Source: the human T2T-CHM13v2.0 reference genome, Homo sapiens. Taken from it: a stretch of 64,000 nt of DNA. The notes under the pieces were generated by a model that saw only the letters and a list, made by a program, of their open reading frames with translations, did no database searches and had not been told where the DNA came from. Location: assembly GCF_009914755.1 (NCBI RefSeq), contig NC_060944.1. One strand, written 5' to 3'. Each line of letters opens with the position of its first letter. Position 1 is the stretch's first letter. This document shows, one piece after another, positions 31,244 to 44,047 of this stretch. A program made the position numbers and the translations under genes.

Positions 31244-31927
31244 AAATTTTTTTTTATCTGTTAAGTGTACTAAATGGTATTGTGATTATTAGGGAACACA
31301 CTGAAGTATTTAGGTGATAGAATATGAGGATTTGTAATATTTTTATAAATACTTCAGAAACAAATAGATGAAGCATGACAAAATGTTAAGATTTATTAAA
31401 TCTGGGTGATAGGTATGTGGGTATTCATGATACTATTCTGTCTACTTTTCTATAGGTTTGAAATTTTTCATAATATAAAAGTCCAAAAGAAGGTGAAGTC
31501 ATTAAACCATGAAATAAATGCACAACTTGTGAAGGTGGAGGTGCGGGTACAGGTCCCTCCAAAATCCTATCGCAGCTGTTTGTTGGGTCCCTTGGGTCAG
31601 GAAATGCTACATCACATACCTGGGTCCATTTTGCTGATGAGGAAACTGGGGTGGGGAAGCAGCTTCCCAGTCCCCCATGGGCTCAGGTACCCAAACTCTC
31701 TGCAAGGGTAGAGACCATGCCTGATTCACCCCTTGAATTAGGGGTGCCTTTGTCTGCTACACACCTGAGGCCTGGAGCTCAATTGCAGCTCTGATGGTGC
31801 TGCACTCCCCTGCTCTATAACCTTCTATGGCTCCTTGTGGCCTTGAAGAGAAACTGCAAGCTTCTGGACCTGGCATTGAAGTGTCTCAGGCTCTGCACAC
31901 TCTTCCATCCTCATTTCATACACTAGG

Positions 31928-32294
31928 TGTTAGGGGCGTAGCTGTGTCCCCTGCCCCTCCAAATTTATATGTGGAAGTCTTAACTCCCAGTACATCAGCA
32001 TGTGACTGTATTTGGAGATAGGGTGTTTAAAGAGGTAATTCAGTTAAAATGAGGTTACTGTGGGCCCTAATAGAATATGGCCAGTGTCCTTACAAGAAGA
32101 AATTTGGACACAGAGGGAAGACCCCATGAAGATACAGGGAGAAGATGGGCATTTGCAAGCCAAGGAGAGAGGCCACAGAAGGAAACAACCCTGCCAACAC
32201 CTTGATCTTGGACTTCCAGCCTCCAGACCTATGAGAAAATGAATCTCTGTTGCTTAAGCCACCCACGTTATGGCAGTCCTGGGACACTAATATA
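31928..32294 (+). mobile_element. MLT1B-like solo LTR
   Basis: tgtgactgtatttggagatagggt...ccaaggagagaggcc...ggacttccagcctccaga. Confidence 0.8.
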
Positions 32295-33439
32295 CTAAGT
32301 CTCCCCTTGCCACCAATGACAGATGATACCACCCAGCTTTGTTCACCCTATTCCTTCTGCCAGGTATGCCCTTCTGTCCTATCTCTATCTGGTGAAATCC
32401 CCCTCATCGCTCAAAGACTAGCCAAGATGCCACCTCTTCCTGGAAGACCTCCTTACTGCCTTCCCTCTTTAGAAGCTCTTCCCCAGTCCCAGGTTCCCAA
32501 AGCAAATGTAGGCCTCTGTGAGATCCTGCAAGACTGAGAGCCCTTACGGGTGTGCACTGGGTCAAACTCATTGTTGCATCCCTGTGCTCAGCACAAGGCT
32601 GGATAATCAATGTCTGTGATTGATTCATGAAGGAATGGAGGGTTAGAGCAACACCTCTCAAACTTTGATGGGCCTGGGGATCTTGTTAGAATGCAGATGC
32701 CAGTTCAGCAGGCCTGAGATTCTGCCTCTCCCCCTAGCTCCAAGGTCACGCTGATATAGGTAGTCCCCAGACCACACTTTGAGCAGCAAAGGGTTCACAC
32801 ACTCAGGACATTCCACACTGGGACACAGTAGTCATACGATTAGTTCACATGTCTGGTTCCCCACACTGCCTGGAACAGGGCCCTGCACACACCCAGTGCC
32901 AGCTGAGTTGATTACAGCAAGGGGCAGTTGTCCACCTGATTTGTCTTCAGCTGGGCCAAGGAGACCCTTTTGCCCCAAATGTTATCCTCACCTACCAGCT
33001 GGCGCCAGAAATACCATCATTAGCATCTCAGAACCGTGGCTTGAAGCTGTGCTGTTCACAGATATTGTGAGCCTCAGGTGAAAATGAGGATGGCAAAATG
33101 AGGGTGGTGGGTAAGTCGGGGTTGCCCAAAGTTGCTGAAAAATGTGTTGCATCTGCCAGCAGCATGAAGAGTCACTCCAAGTTTGGGGAGGGAGGAATGG
33201 TAAGTAATTGAATTTGCAAGCAATTAAAAGCATTTTTTTCATATCAAAACGAGTGTGAATGTATTCTATTTATGGATATTTAAAATGTATAGAAATTTTA
33301 AAGGCAAAAAGGATTTCAAAGATCTATATGGAGCAACTGAGAGCTCAGGGTGAGGTCTCAATCTCAGGGGCTCTGTTCATTCTCTTCTGCATTAGGGATT
33401 TTCCAGTGGAAAGACAGGGAAGCCCTCTCCTAAGGCTTC

Positions 33440-33917
33440 GTGCCTGTGGCCCCAAAGATGTCCATGCCCTAATCCCCAGAACCTTGAATATGTTACCTTA
33501 CATGGCAAAAGGGACACTGCAGATGTGATGAAGGGCAGGACCTTGAGGTGGGGAGATTATCCTGGATCATCCACTCTAATCATAGGAATCCTTAAAAGCA
33601 GAGAACTTTTCCTGGCTTTGGTAGGAGCAAGGTGCCAAGATGGATGGGGGGTGAGGGAGATGCAACATTGCTGGCTTTGAGGATGGAGGAAGGGGCCACA
33701 AGCCAAGGAAAGTAGTGGTCTCTAGAAGCTGGAAAAGGCAAGGAAATGGAGTCTCCCTTAGAGCCTCCAGGAAAGAATGCAGCTCTGCAGACACCTGGAT
33801 GTAGCCTAGCGAGATCCATGTTGAGCTTCTAACATACAGAGCGATCAGATAATACATTTGTGTTGTTTTACGTCACTAATTTGTAATAACTTGTTATGGC
33901 CACAATGGGAAACACAG
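33440..33917 (+). mobile_element. MLT1D-like solo LTR
   Basis: ccccaaagatgtcca...tgttaccttacatggcaaaaggga...agctggaaaaggcaaggaaa. Confidence 0.8.
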
Positions 33918-34089
33918 TGCCTATTAAACAAAACCCCATCCCCAGCATGGGAGCAGACATTCACACCTGCATGTTGATCAGTTTCTTTCCTGAGAACAGA
34001 TCTTTATGAAAACTTTACGGGGAGACCTGCTTCACAGGGCTGGCTTGGAGCAGATCTAGATCTTGAAGCACAGGCTCTGGGGACTGTTT

Positions 34090-35900
34090 GCCCTATAAGG
34101 AAACTCCAACAGAGGCCGGTGTGGACGCAGAGACACCAGCGAGGAGACCACTGCAGCAGGCAAGAGACCACGCTGGTTTGGACTTGGGTGGGGTGAAGTC
34201 AACAGATTCTGAATACAATTTAATGGGAGAGTTGACAGTTAACAAATTGAATGTGGGGTGTAAGAGAAAGAGCAATCAAGGATGATGTGGTCATCTTTTA
34301 CTGCCATGAGGAAAGACTGGAAGGTTGGGAAGTGTGGGGTGAGGGGATGTGAAGTCAGGAGTCCATATTTGGGCATGCTAAGTTAGAGATGTCTGTGAGA
34401 CCTCCACGCAGAGACATCAAGTAGTAAACAGCTGGATGGATAAGTCTGGAGTTCATGGCCAGGGCCCAGGCTGGAAAAATCAGTGTCGGGGTTGTCAGCC
34501 TGGAGAGAGCATTTACAGAAAATATTCCACCTCCAGGATGAGATCGCCTAGGAAGTGAGTGTGGATGGAGAGGAGAAAGGGACCAAGGACTGGGCTTTGG
34601 GGGCCCTCCAGGATTTACAGGTTGTGGAGATGAGGAGACAGGAAAGGAGGCTGCAAAATTGTGGCCAGTGAGGTGAGAGGAGGACTGGGTGACTGAAGAT
34701 CTAATGGCAAGTGAAGAAAGCCTTTCAACAGGAGGAAGTGGCCATCCATGCCAAATGCTGCGGAAGGGCCTAGGGTGATGAGGACTGAGAATTGACCCCT
34801 GGATCTAGAAACATGGAACGCAATGACGACCTCGACAAGACGTGTCTCAGTGGCACAGTGGGGAAGGGATTCTGATTAGAGTGAGTGGAAGAGAGAAGGT
34901 GTGGAAACAGGGAACACAGACAACTGCTTTGTGGAGTTTTAATGTAAAAGGGTGAGGGTGGGAACACGGGGGCCTAGAATAGCTCATTTCAAGCTGGGCA
35001 ATATTGCAGCGTGTTCTCATCCTGATGGGAATGGCCCAGAGCCAAAGAGGAAAGATGATCCTGTAGGAAGGAGAAGAGAATCTTGCTGGAGGGATGTCTT
35101 TGAGGAGGTAAAGAGGAACAGAGCACGGGTTCAGGGTCAGCCTCAGGCACATGGACAATTCATCCATACTAGAATGCTGAGCCTGTGGGTACAGATGCCA
35201 GCAGGTAGGTGAATGACCTTCCTTCTGGTCTGACTGAGTAAGCAGAAGCAATTCATAGACTTCCTTCCAATTGCTTCTGCTTACTCAGTCAGACCAGAAG
35301 GAAGGTCATCAGCTGAGATTTAAGTTGGGGAAGGTGGTGTTGAAGGTCAAAGGAGAGAGAAGGTGTGAAGTCATCACACAGGACTGTGGGGGAGTCATTC
35401 AGGACTCTGGAGGTGAAGTAGGATCCACTAGCACCATTGGGACCCCCAGAGGTCAGTGGTCAGGAATTCAACACAATTAGCCTGCACAATTGTGTGGATT
35501 TTTCCAGCTTCGTTCAGCTTGAGGGTGCAGGTGGAGAGTTGGATCTCACGGAGGTTGGGATTTATCTGGGTAAGTGTGAAGGTGGAAGAGGAAAGCAAGC
35601 GAGTGAGTGTTTGAAAGGAAGTGATTACAATGTGAGCCTGGAATCTAAGCTAGGAAGAAGGGATGTGAGGATGTGACAGAAGGTGGGGGAGACATAATGA
35701 TGGGGAAGGGATGTGGTGGAGAGTGAGGAAGATATGATGATGGGGAAGGGATGTGGTGGAGGGTGGGGAGACATGCTGGAAAAGGGGAGTGAAAAGGTGG
35801 TTGAACCAATAGGTTCAAGGTTTTGGGAGGCCTGAAGATGATGAAACTTGGGGCAGTGGGTGACCTGGAAAGAGAAGCAGTGGTAATAAAGGAGAGGGAG
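34090..35900 (+). mobile_element. L2 (long fragment)
   Basis: Purine-rich L2 body (gagttcatgg...tgagaattgacccctggat...aaggtcatcagctgag). Confidence 0.75.
35213..35309. repeat. Perfect 41-bp inverted repeat with a 15-nt loop
   Basis: 35213-35253 is the exact reverse complement of 35269-35309. Confidence 0.97.
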
Positions 35901-36954
35901 CCTTAACATGAAAACCCGGCGGGGAGAAGTTGGTTACGGGGGATGCGATGGGGGGAGTCATGTGGGGAATGAGGACAAGATCACTAGAGAAGAGCAGGAC
36001 AAAAAACGGACAGAAGGAGCACGCATGTGGACGTTGCTCATTCACACAGCAAATGCTTTTTGCACACATGCTACACATCAGGCATGTGCGAGCTAACAGT
36101 GCATGTTGCAACCCCCAAGAATTACAACAAAAGTAACTGAGGGAAGAGTGACAGTGAGCCAGGTCCTATCTGCCTATTCTCCTCCTCTCAAGGAGGCCCA
36201 GAGAGGGCAGTGACTTCTCCAAGGACACACAGGGAGCTAATGATAGAGTTAGAACTAAAACAAAGGTCATCTTCCTCCCATAGCAGAGCCTTCCATGGAC
36301 AAAATCTGAGCCCTTGGCCCATGATGGCCCTAAGAGGATCATGAGATCCTTTGTGTACAATTAATATGGAACAAACAGCAGGAGCTTCAGCAAAGATGAC
36401 CAGGAAAAGGACAGATAAGTTCTCCTGGGAGCTGCAAAAAGACAGGGCAGTGCTCAAGGTCCTGGAGAGATATGGAAGTCTGTGAAGTAAAATAGTATTT
36501 CAGGACAATCAGTCTCCAGAAAGCACTGTGGTTCTCTTGTCTCTGGACCTTTGCACATGCTGTTCCCTTTGTCTGGAACGCCGTTCCCAACTCTTCACCT
36601 GGATAATTCCTACTCATACCATAGGACTGGGCTTTACGTTACTTCCTCCGGGAAGTCATCCTTGACCTCTACTACCCTAAGCCTGAACCAGGGGACTCAT
36701 CTGTGCTCCCACAGCCCCCTGTCCTTCCCAACTGTCACACTTTGTTTACACTGGGTTTCAATAATCTGTTGTGATAACCTGTTGGCTTTTCCCCACCACT
36801 AGAATATAGGTTTCCTGATAGCAGAGAACACATCAGACTTGTTCTCTTATGAATCGCCAGTGCTAAGCCCAGGAACCAGTAAATGTCTGTTACAACAATG
36901 GGGAAATATTAAATACGAGTGATAAGACCTTCTGTATTGGATGCTGCTAGTACC

Positions 36955-37385
36955 CCAAACCCAGATCCCCTCAGCAGGCAGAGAACCCATCCCCAGAGTC
37001 TGAAAGTATCAGTTGTCAGTGGCTCACAGATGCCCCCTCTCTGAAGAAGCACTCTGGGCTGAACTGGATCACTGGCTCCCCCTGCCCCACCCCATTCCAG
37101 GATCAGCCCGAAGTTCCTGCAGTTCATTAATGACGGACAGACTGGGGATCAGCCCACAGTTAATGACTGACAGACAAGGCTTATAAAAGGCCAGTCCCCT
37201 ACACCTTCAGCTGGAGCCAGCTCTGTGGGGCGGGTCATGCCCCAGTGCTCTCCTTGGGGTCAGCCCACAGCCTTGCTTGGCTCCTTCCCCTGCCTTGACC
37301 CTCTGTCCTTCTCCTCAGAGCCCTCCTCCAATAGGTCACTTTCCCAAAAATCTATGTCTCAGGCTCTGCTTCTGGGGAACCCAGT
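36955..37385 (+). mobile_element. LTR16-like LTR
   Basis: Ends in ctcaggctctgcttctggggaaccca. Confidence 0.55.
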
Positions 37386-37646
37386 ATCCACCTTGGCTGC
37401 TTCACTGATGGATGGACAAGTAGACAGATGGACAGACAGATAGATGGGTGGATGGATGCCAACAAATTGCTTTCATCTATTCCAATTGTCCCATGGGAAA
37501 GATGAGGAAACTGAGGCCCAAGGAGGCTTGGTCTAGAACCTAGGCCTCCAGGGCATTCCCTGCCTCCCCTCCACCCAACAGCAGCTGAAGATGCTCTGGG
37601 GCCCCCAGCTCCCTCCCTACCACCTCCTGCTTGAATCCCCTGGAAC

Positions 37647-37844
37647 CTGGCAGGCATGCTATCCTGGAGCGGAAAACCTTGACACCTAGAGCCCCAATCC
37701 TGGGCTCAGGCCCTGGGGGCTCCTCCTCCAGGGTGGGGCCTCTTTCTGGGGAGCCTGCAGAAGCTTCTGGCAAGGCAGCCTTTTCCTCAGTCAGTGGGCT
37801 GGGGGCAGTGGCTGGGCCAGATGTTTTGGTCTGAGTTGTTCCAG
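37647..37844 (-). CDS. KIAA1755: KIAA1755 exon 4 (AGTTQTK...RIACLPG)
   Basis: tcccag|CT GGA ... CCA G|gttcca; 198 nt, phase 1-1. The donor is weak, but the next two downstream GTs would shift frame. Confidence 0.85.
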
Positions 37845-38020
37845 CTGGGAAAAAGCAACAACAAAGAAAAGGACGTTAAGCAGAAGATGGGCTTTCTAAG
37901 GGGAAAATGTCTCCTCTTTCTCTTTCTGACTAATAATAGCTTACAACTATTGATCTCTCCCATGTGCCAGGCATTGCGCTAAGCCCCTTACTTCTAGTGT
38001 TACCCCTCCCCACACCTCAC

Positions 38021-38352
38021 TTTTTTTTCTTTAGTGACAGAGTCTCACTCTGTTGCCCAGGCTGGAATGCAGTGGCATGAACATAGCTCACTGCAGCTTT
38101 GAACTCCTGGGCTTGAAAGATCCTCCCACCTCAGCCTCCCGAGTAGCTGGGGCTAAAGGCATGCACCACGAAGCCCAGCTTTTTTATTTATTCCTTCCTT
38201 CTTTCCTTCCTTCCTTCCTTCCTTCCGTCTTCCTTCCTTCCTTTTTTCCTTCTTTTCTTTCTTTCTTGTAAATTCCTGGCCTCAAGCCACCCAAATTCTC
38301 CCGCTTCAGCCACCAAAGCACTGGGATTACAGGATAAGCCTCTACACCTAGC
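38021..38352 (-). mobile_element. AluJ-like with an internal (TTCC)n expansion
   Basis: Alu arms separated by a TTCC/TTTC tract at about 38190-38266. Confidence 0.85.
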
Positions 38353-38700
38353 TTCTGGTGTCGCTTTGAACCCTCAAAATAACACTGTGAAATAGGTGAC
38401 ATTCCCATTGCACAGATAGGGAGAACGTGGACTCAGAGAAACTCAGTACTTGGCCAACGTCACACAGCCAGTGTATGGCAAAGGTGGAGTGTGAACTCAG
38501 GCAGTTGTAACACAGTCACAGTGCCTTGCTCAATTCCAGACACATGAGACTTCAAGCCCCTTAACATGCCACACTGTATACTAAACCCCTGAAGCTGAGC
38601 CAGCCCAGGTGGTCTCTATCACTTACAACCAAAACCACCTAAAATGTGATCTCAACCAGACAATAACCTCCTTGTACAGCTGAGCATGTGGGCATCTTAC

Positions 38701-40048
38701 CTTTCCCCAAAGATTTGGCTCGGTTGGGTTTAGGAGAGTAGAGGGAACACAGGACTTTCCAGGGCCCATTGTGCTGGAGTGAGGCTTTCTCCGGGGTCAC
38801 AGAGGGTTGCCTCTGCCCTCTCAAGAATGAGAATTTGAGCCCAGGAGTGGGGGGCTCAGGGGAGGAGGTGTTTCTGCTAGGGCAGGGCATGGGCTTGGGA
38901 AGTCTCCCATTTCTCTCTTTGGTCTTCACCTCTATCTTTGTTTCAGAGGCTGCAGCTGCAGGAGAAGCTGGGGACAGGCGGGGAGAGGAGGCTTGTCTTG
39001 GTCCAGGCCTGAGCTGCACCATATTCTCTGGGTTTCCTAGAGGTCCCTGCATCTTGGAGGCAGCTGGCTCTTGTGAGACACCTGCCCTGAGACCAGAGGC
39101 ACAGTCCAGTGCGTCCTCAAGGACATTCATGTAGGAGCCTTGGGGCGGCCTTTCTGAGTTGTGGGTGGGTGCTTTAAGATTGACCTTTCTCCTGAAGCCC
39201 AAATTATAGGGCCTCTCCTCAGAGCTTTCTGGATTTGTGCAAGCCCGATTTCCCAAGGAAGGTCCTTCATTGGCCTCTGAGAGAGGCAGTATCTTTTGAA
39301 ATAAGGGAGTTTCCTTAGTTCCAGCTATCTCCTCTAGTGCCCCAGAAGTACACCCACTGGATGTGCCTGCCTCCCTACTGGGAGACTCTCCTCTGCTCTC
39401 TTGGGAAAAGCCTAGGAGAGCCACATAGTCTCCCTCGAAGTCCTGGCTGACCACCTCGTCCATCCTGAAAGCCACCTCCCCACACCGGGCTTGCTCCACC
39501 TTGATGAGTCCTGGATACTTGCTCCCATATGTCCTGCCCTTACCCTTGGCCAAACTCTGGGCAGGAAGCACCTGGTTGTCTGGGGAGCTGGCCTGGTGCA
39601 ACTCTTGAGGGCTGCTCAAATCCAGTGCCTCTAATGGAAGGGGCCCCCAGGCTTGGCAGAGGGCATTCACTACTTGGGGTCTGTCATCCACAAACTCTGG
39701 GCTGGTTATCTTGGTCCAAGGCACAGGGGCAATCCCATTTTCTGATGCTACCAAGCAGTTGTGTAGGGGATTTCCCTCAAAGTCACTGTTGATGGCCTCC
39801 AGCCATTCTTGGGTGAAAAGTATAGGGTAGGCTGGCTCGGGAACAGGCTTCTTGTCCACTGTGCAGAGGTCCAGGGAGAGGCATTTGATCATGATGCAGA
39901 CAGACTGCTCCTCCTGGGGCTCCACTTGGAGGTAGAAGTCACCCTGGCGCAATAAGAGAGGGTTGAGGGGTGCCAAGTGGACCACAACTTCATCCCTCAG
40001 ACAGAGTGGCCAGCCCTCGTGTAAGAAGAGGCAGTGTGAGTAGGGAGC
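38701..40048 (-). CDS. KIAA1755: KIAA1755 exon 3 (APYSHC...AKSLGK), large 1348-nt exon
   Basis: cacag|GCT ... AAA G|gtaaga; inside the 513-aa ORF 38639..40180. Confidence 0.95.
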
Positions 40049-40555
40049 CTGTGGAGAGAAGGGGATGGCATCAGAGAACCTGGCCCTGAAAGGCTCCACC
40101 CTTGGATTTGCTCCTTTCCCTCTCCCACGTGGAATCTGGAACAGGTCAGGGACTAGGATGAGGCAGCATTTAGGAGGCACTCACTGTCAAGGTTGTGCAA
40201 AGGTTGACTCTCCTGCCCCACCCTCGTCCTGGCCCTGACCTTGGAAATTCTAGCCTACTGACCCAAGTGAGAAAGCTCAGAGCACCATGCACTAGTTAGC
40301 AATCGGCTTTCCCAAGTGGTCCCCTTGCTTGGCTCATGCTCCCTTCCTCTCTGCATCTATCCAGAACATTTCCCAACCCAATTCAAGTCTTAGCCCTCCA
40401 TTTTAAAGCCAGGGAGACGTGGTTTAGACAAACGTCTATGTTGCTAATTTGTGCAAATTGCTTAACTTCTTTGAGCCCCAATTTCCCTATCTGCAAATAG
40501 GATAATAATACATGTCAGTATTACTGGGTTGGTATGAGGATTAAGTGAGATTATA

Positions 40556-40780
40556 CAGATGGCCTCAATTTATGGTGGGGTTATATCCTGGTAAATCCAT
40601 CATAAATTGAAACTATCATAAGTCAAAAATGCATTTAATGTACCTAATCTACAGAACATCATAGCTTATTTAGACTAGCCTATCTTAAAAGTGCACAGAG
40701 CACTTACATCAGCCTACAGTTGGCCAAAATCATCTAACACAATGCCTATTTTATAATAAAGTGTTGAACATCTTATTGAA
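40556..40780 (+). mobile_element. Tigger5/MER47B-like DNA transposon fragment
   Basis: TA-cagatg...ggggtta...aaaatgcatttaat...cagttgg.caaaatcatctaacaca. Confidence 0.65.
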
Positions 40781-42819
40781 TTTGGATAGTGTATGAGGGT
40801 GAAGTAGAAACAGTATTGAATGAGAAGTCAGGAAATCTGACCCTGCCACTAACTTACTAGATGGCTGTCCAGTTTTTCCTGACCCAAAGGTTATTCTGGG
40901 CCTGAATGTTTATTTTTTATTTGTTTGTTTATTTATTTCTCATTAAATAAATGAAGGCTTATTTGTTTATTTTTTATTTATTTCCCATTAATGGATAATA
41001 ACACGAAGGTGAAGCAAAACTTTAAAAAGAAATTTTTTTTTAACAGGAGTTGCCAGAAATTCCCTGTATAGGTGGGTACAGAGGGTCATTCTGGAACAGG
41101 CTGTGACCCAAGTGATCCCTCTCAGTTGAGCCTGTCCACTGGGCTGTGCGGGACCAGTGTTCAACAGTGACACCATGTGGCAACAACGGAAACAACAGCT
41201 CCACTGGGCTGACAACAGGTCTTTAACTGGCTTTTGGAAAAAGAGTCTGAGTTCTGTGGATTGAGTAAGTCCCAGACAATCTTATATAATTTGGATGTGT
41301 GTAGGGGAGATGTACAGAGAGTGAGACTGAATTTCCTGCTAATTAAACAGGTGTTTCCTGGAATTATTGATTGCGGAAATAGTGAGATCTGACCATAGTT
41401 ATACCTTATGTTGATAAACCCATTTATATCAGTCATATTGTAGATTGGGCTGCCTCAGAGAAGCTTAATATCCATAAACCTTCATGAGTCTGTAGGTTTT
41501 CTCGACCCTTTTCACTTAGCCCTCTTGGGTTTGCAACATGCTTTCTCTCTCACCTTCTCATTGAATGAGAAAAAACAGCCCAGCCATTTTTTGCAAACAG
41601 CAAAGCACCAGAGTGATGATGGCTTTGCTCATCTCACTTGACTTTCACAGTAACTCAGTTTGATGTAGGCAGTCCAGGCATTATTATTTTCATTTTACAG
41701 ATGATGCAACTGAGGCTCAGTGTGGTGAAACATTTGGCTCATAGCCACACAGCTGATAAGCATCAGGGACTTGGACCTAGGCCTTCACATTTCAAGTCAG
41801 CTGTATCTGTCCCCAAGCCCCACCAGACTTCATGTGAAGGTGGCTGCTTCTGGGTGATGGTGGCTGGAGAGGCAGACTTTGAGGCTGCCATGCTCTTATT
41901 TCAGATGGAGAAACAAGGAAGTGGGATAGCGATAGCCAATAGCTACTGGGCACTTGCTGCATGCCAGAGTCTTTGCTAAGCCATGTGTTGTCATCTCCAT
42001 GTGTTGTCATCTCCATGTGTTAGGTGCTGTGTTATTAACGTTTCTGCTTGACACATAAGGAAACTGAAACTCAGAGAGGTGGCATGGATCTCCAAAGTTC
42101 ACAGTGATGAGCTTGGATTTGAACCTGGGGCATCTGAACCCAGAAGCCATCCTGTTAATCACACATGACTTCCCATTGCTCTGAGATTGACAGATATTTG
42201 CCTATCATTACAATTAGATTAAACTCACCTACAAGGAAAAATAAAGACGCGGAAATGTTGTTACCTTGAGGAAGCGGCCAGTGCAAATGAAGTTTAAATG
42301 GCCAAATAAGGGAAGTGGGCAATTGTGTAGCTTGTCAGGGAGAAGAAATAAGGATGGGGGAGCATCTGCATGAAATAGTGTCATGTGGAAGTGGCTGCAA
42401 ATGCTTCCATGAGAAGCTCCCTTCTTCTCCAATACTAGTTCCCATGTATTGAGCTATGATCTATGAGCCAGGCTCTGTGCTAAGCATGTAAAATAGATTA
42501 TCTCACTTTCCTTCTGGTTCCTAACCCTGGACTTTTAGCTGCCACGTTCAATTTATTTCTACCACTGGAATGACGCACACAGTCCCCACCCTTCCTTGTT
42601 GCTTCTGATGAGCTGTGTCCCTGACAGGCAGTGGGCAACTCAGGACAGGCTGATGGGACCTTAGAACCTCTTTGTGATTCTTGAGGCTGAGGTAGCAGGA
42701 GGGTGGATGTTAATAACAACAGAGCAGGGAACAGTAGGGAAACCCATGAAGGGAATGGCAAGTTCCTGTGGTGGGCATTTGACGGCTTGGTCTCCTCAGG
42801 CTTCTCTCATCCTTTTCTG

Positions 42820-43144
42820 TTTTTTGTTTTTTGTTTTTTGTTTTTGAGACAGGGTCTCACTGTGCCACCCAGGCTGGAGTGCAATGGCGTGATCTTGGCT
42901 CACTGCAACCTCTGCCTCCTGGGTTCAAGCGATTCTCCTGCCTCCAAGCGATTCTCTTGCCTCAGCCTCCCGAGTAGCTGGGACTACAGGCATGTGCCAC
43001 CACGCCCGGCTAATTTTTGTATTTTTAGTAGAGACGGGGTTTCACCATGTTGGCCAGGCTGGTCTCAAACCCCTGACGTCATGATCCACCTGCCTTGGCC
43101 TCCCAAAGTACTGGGATTACAGGCATGAGCCACCACTGCCGGCC
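42820..43144 (-). mobile_element. AluS with a 19-bp internal duplication
   Basis: Full dimer; TSD tctcatccttttct. Confidence 0.92.
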
Positions 43145-44047
43145 TTCTCATCCTTTTCTTAAAACAGCTCCACCCTCTGACCATAGAGGTAGACACGTGA
43201 CTCAAGCTTGGCCAATCCTGGTACCCCACTCCTCTGGCCACAGTGATTGGTCCAGGAATGGGCATATGACCCAAGCCTGGCCAATCAGGATCCTTCCTTG
43301 AGATTTTTCTATGTGCAGTGGATGGGAAAGAGTTTATTTTCCTCTCTAGGATAGAATATAAATCCTTGAGCTTCCCTGGGTTCCAGCCTTGTGGGAACAC
43401 TTAGCCTGGAAGAATAATGCCAACAAGCAGCGCAAAGCAGAGACTAGGGACAGAAAGGATCTTCAAGGGATTTGATCAGTGGATCAACTTGGGCCTGAGG
43501 CCTGATCCACCCTTCCCTGGTTTGAGTGAGGATTCTGTCATTTGCAGCCAATGAGTCTGGCTAAAACACTTTTCTCTCCACTTTGCCTTGGCAGAGGCCT
43601 CCCTGAGATCTGAGTTTGAAGAGGTCACAGGGGAAGAAAGCAAGAGTCCTGATGCCTCAGGGGCTCCAGGGAAGCTCTAGGACCTTCTCTGCTATTTCCA
43701 CTGAAGCTGCCTCACTTCACCAAAGGCACTTGGCAGTGCCCACAATGTCAGGCGCAGGGCAGGCTCCCCAAGACCAGGGAGCCCCCAAGGATGCCTTTAC
43801 TCAGGCCTTCTTCTCTGCTGGTGACAGTACAATGTAATGAACTCATAGATGTCACAAGGTAAATCCCCTTCGATCTGGGGGGCTGATGTCTCCCCCTGGG
43901 CAAGCAATGATACTTGGAAAGTCCCCCCACACCCTCAGCTCCCCGTGAAACAAGACACAGGCCAGCCCACCTCCTTCTCTGCCCGCCTCTAGCCCCATGA
44001 CTTTCTGGAACAGCTTGTTCCCTGTCCCTGTTTCCCTCTTGACTTAC

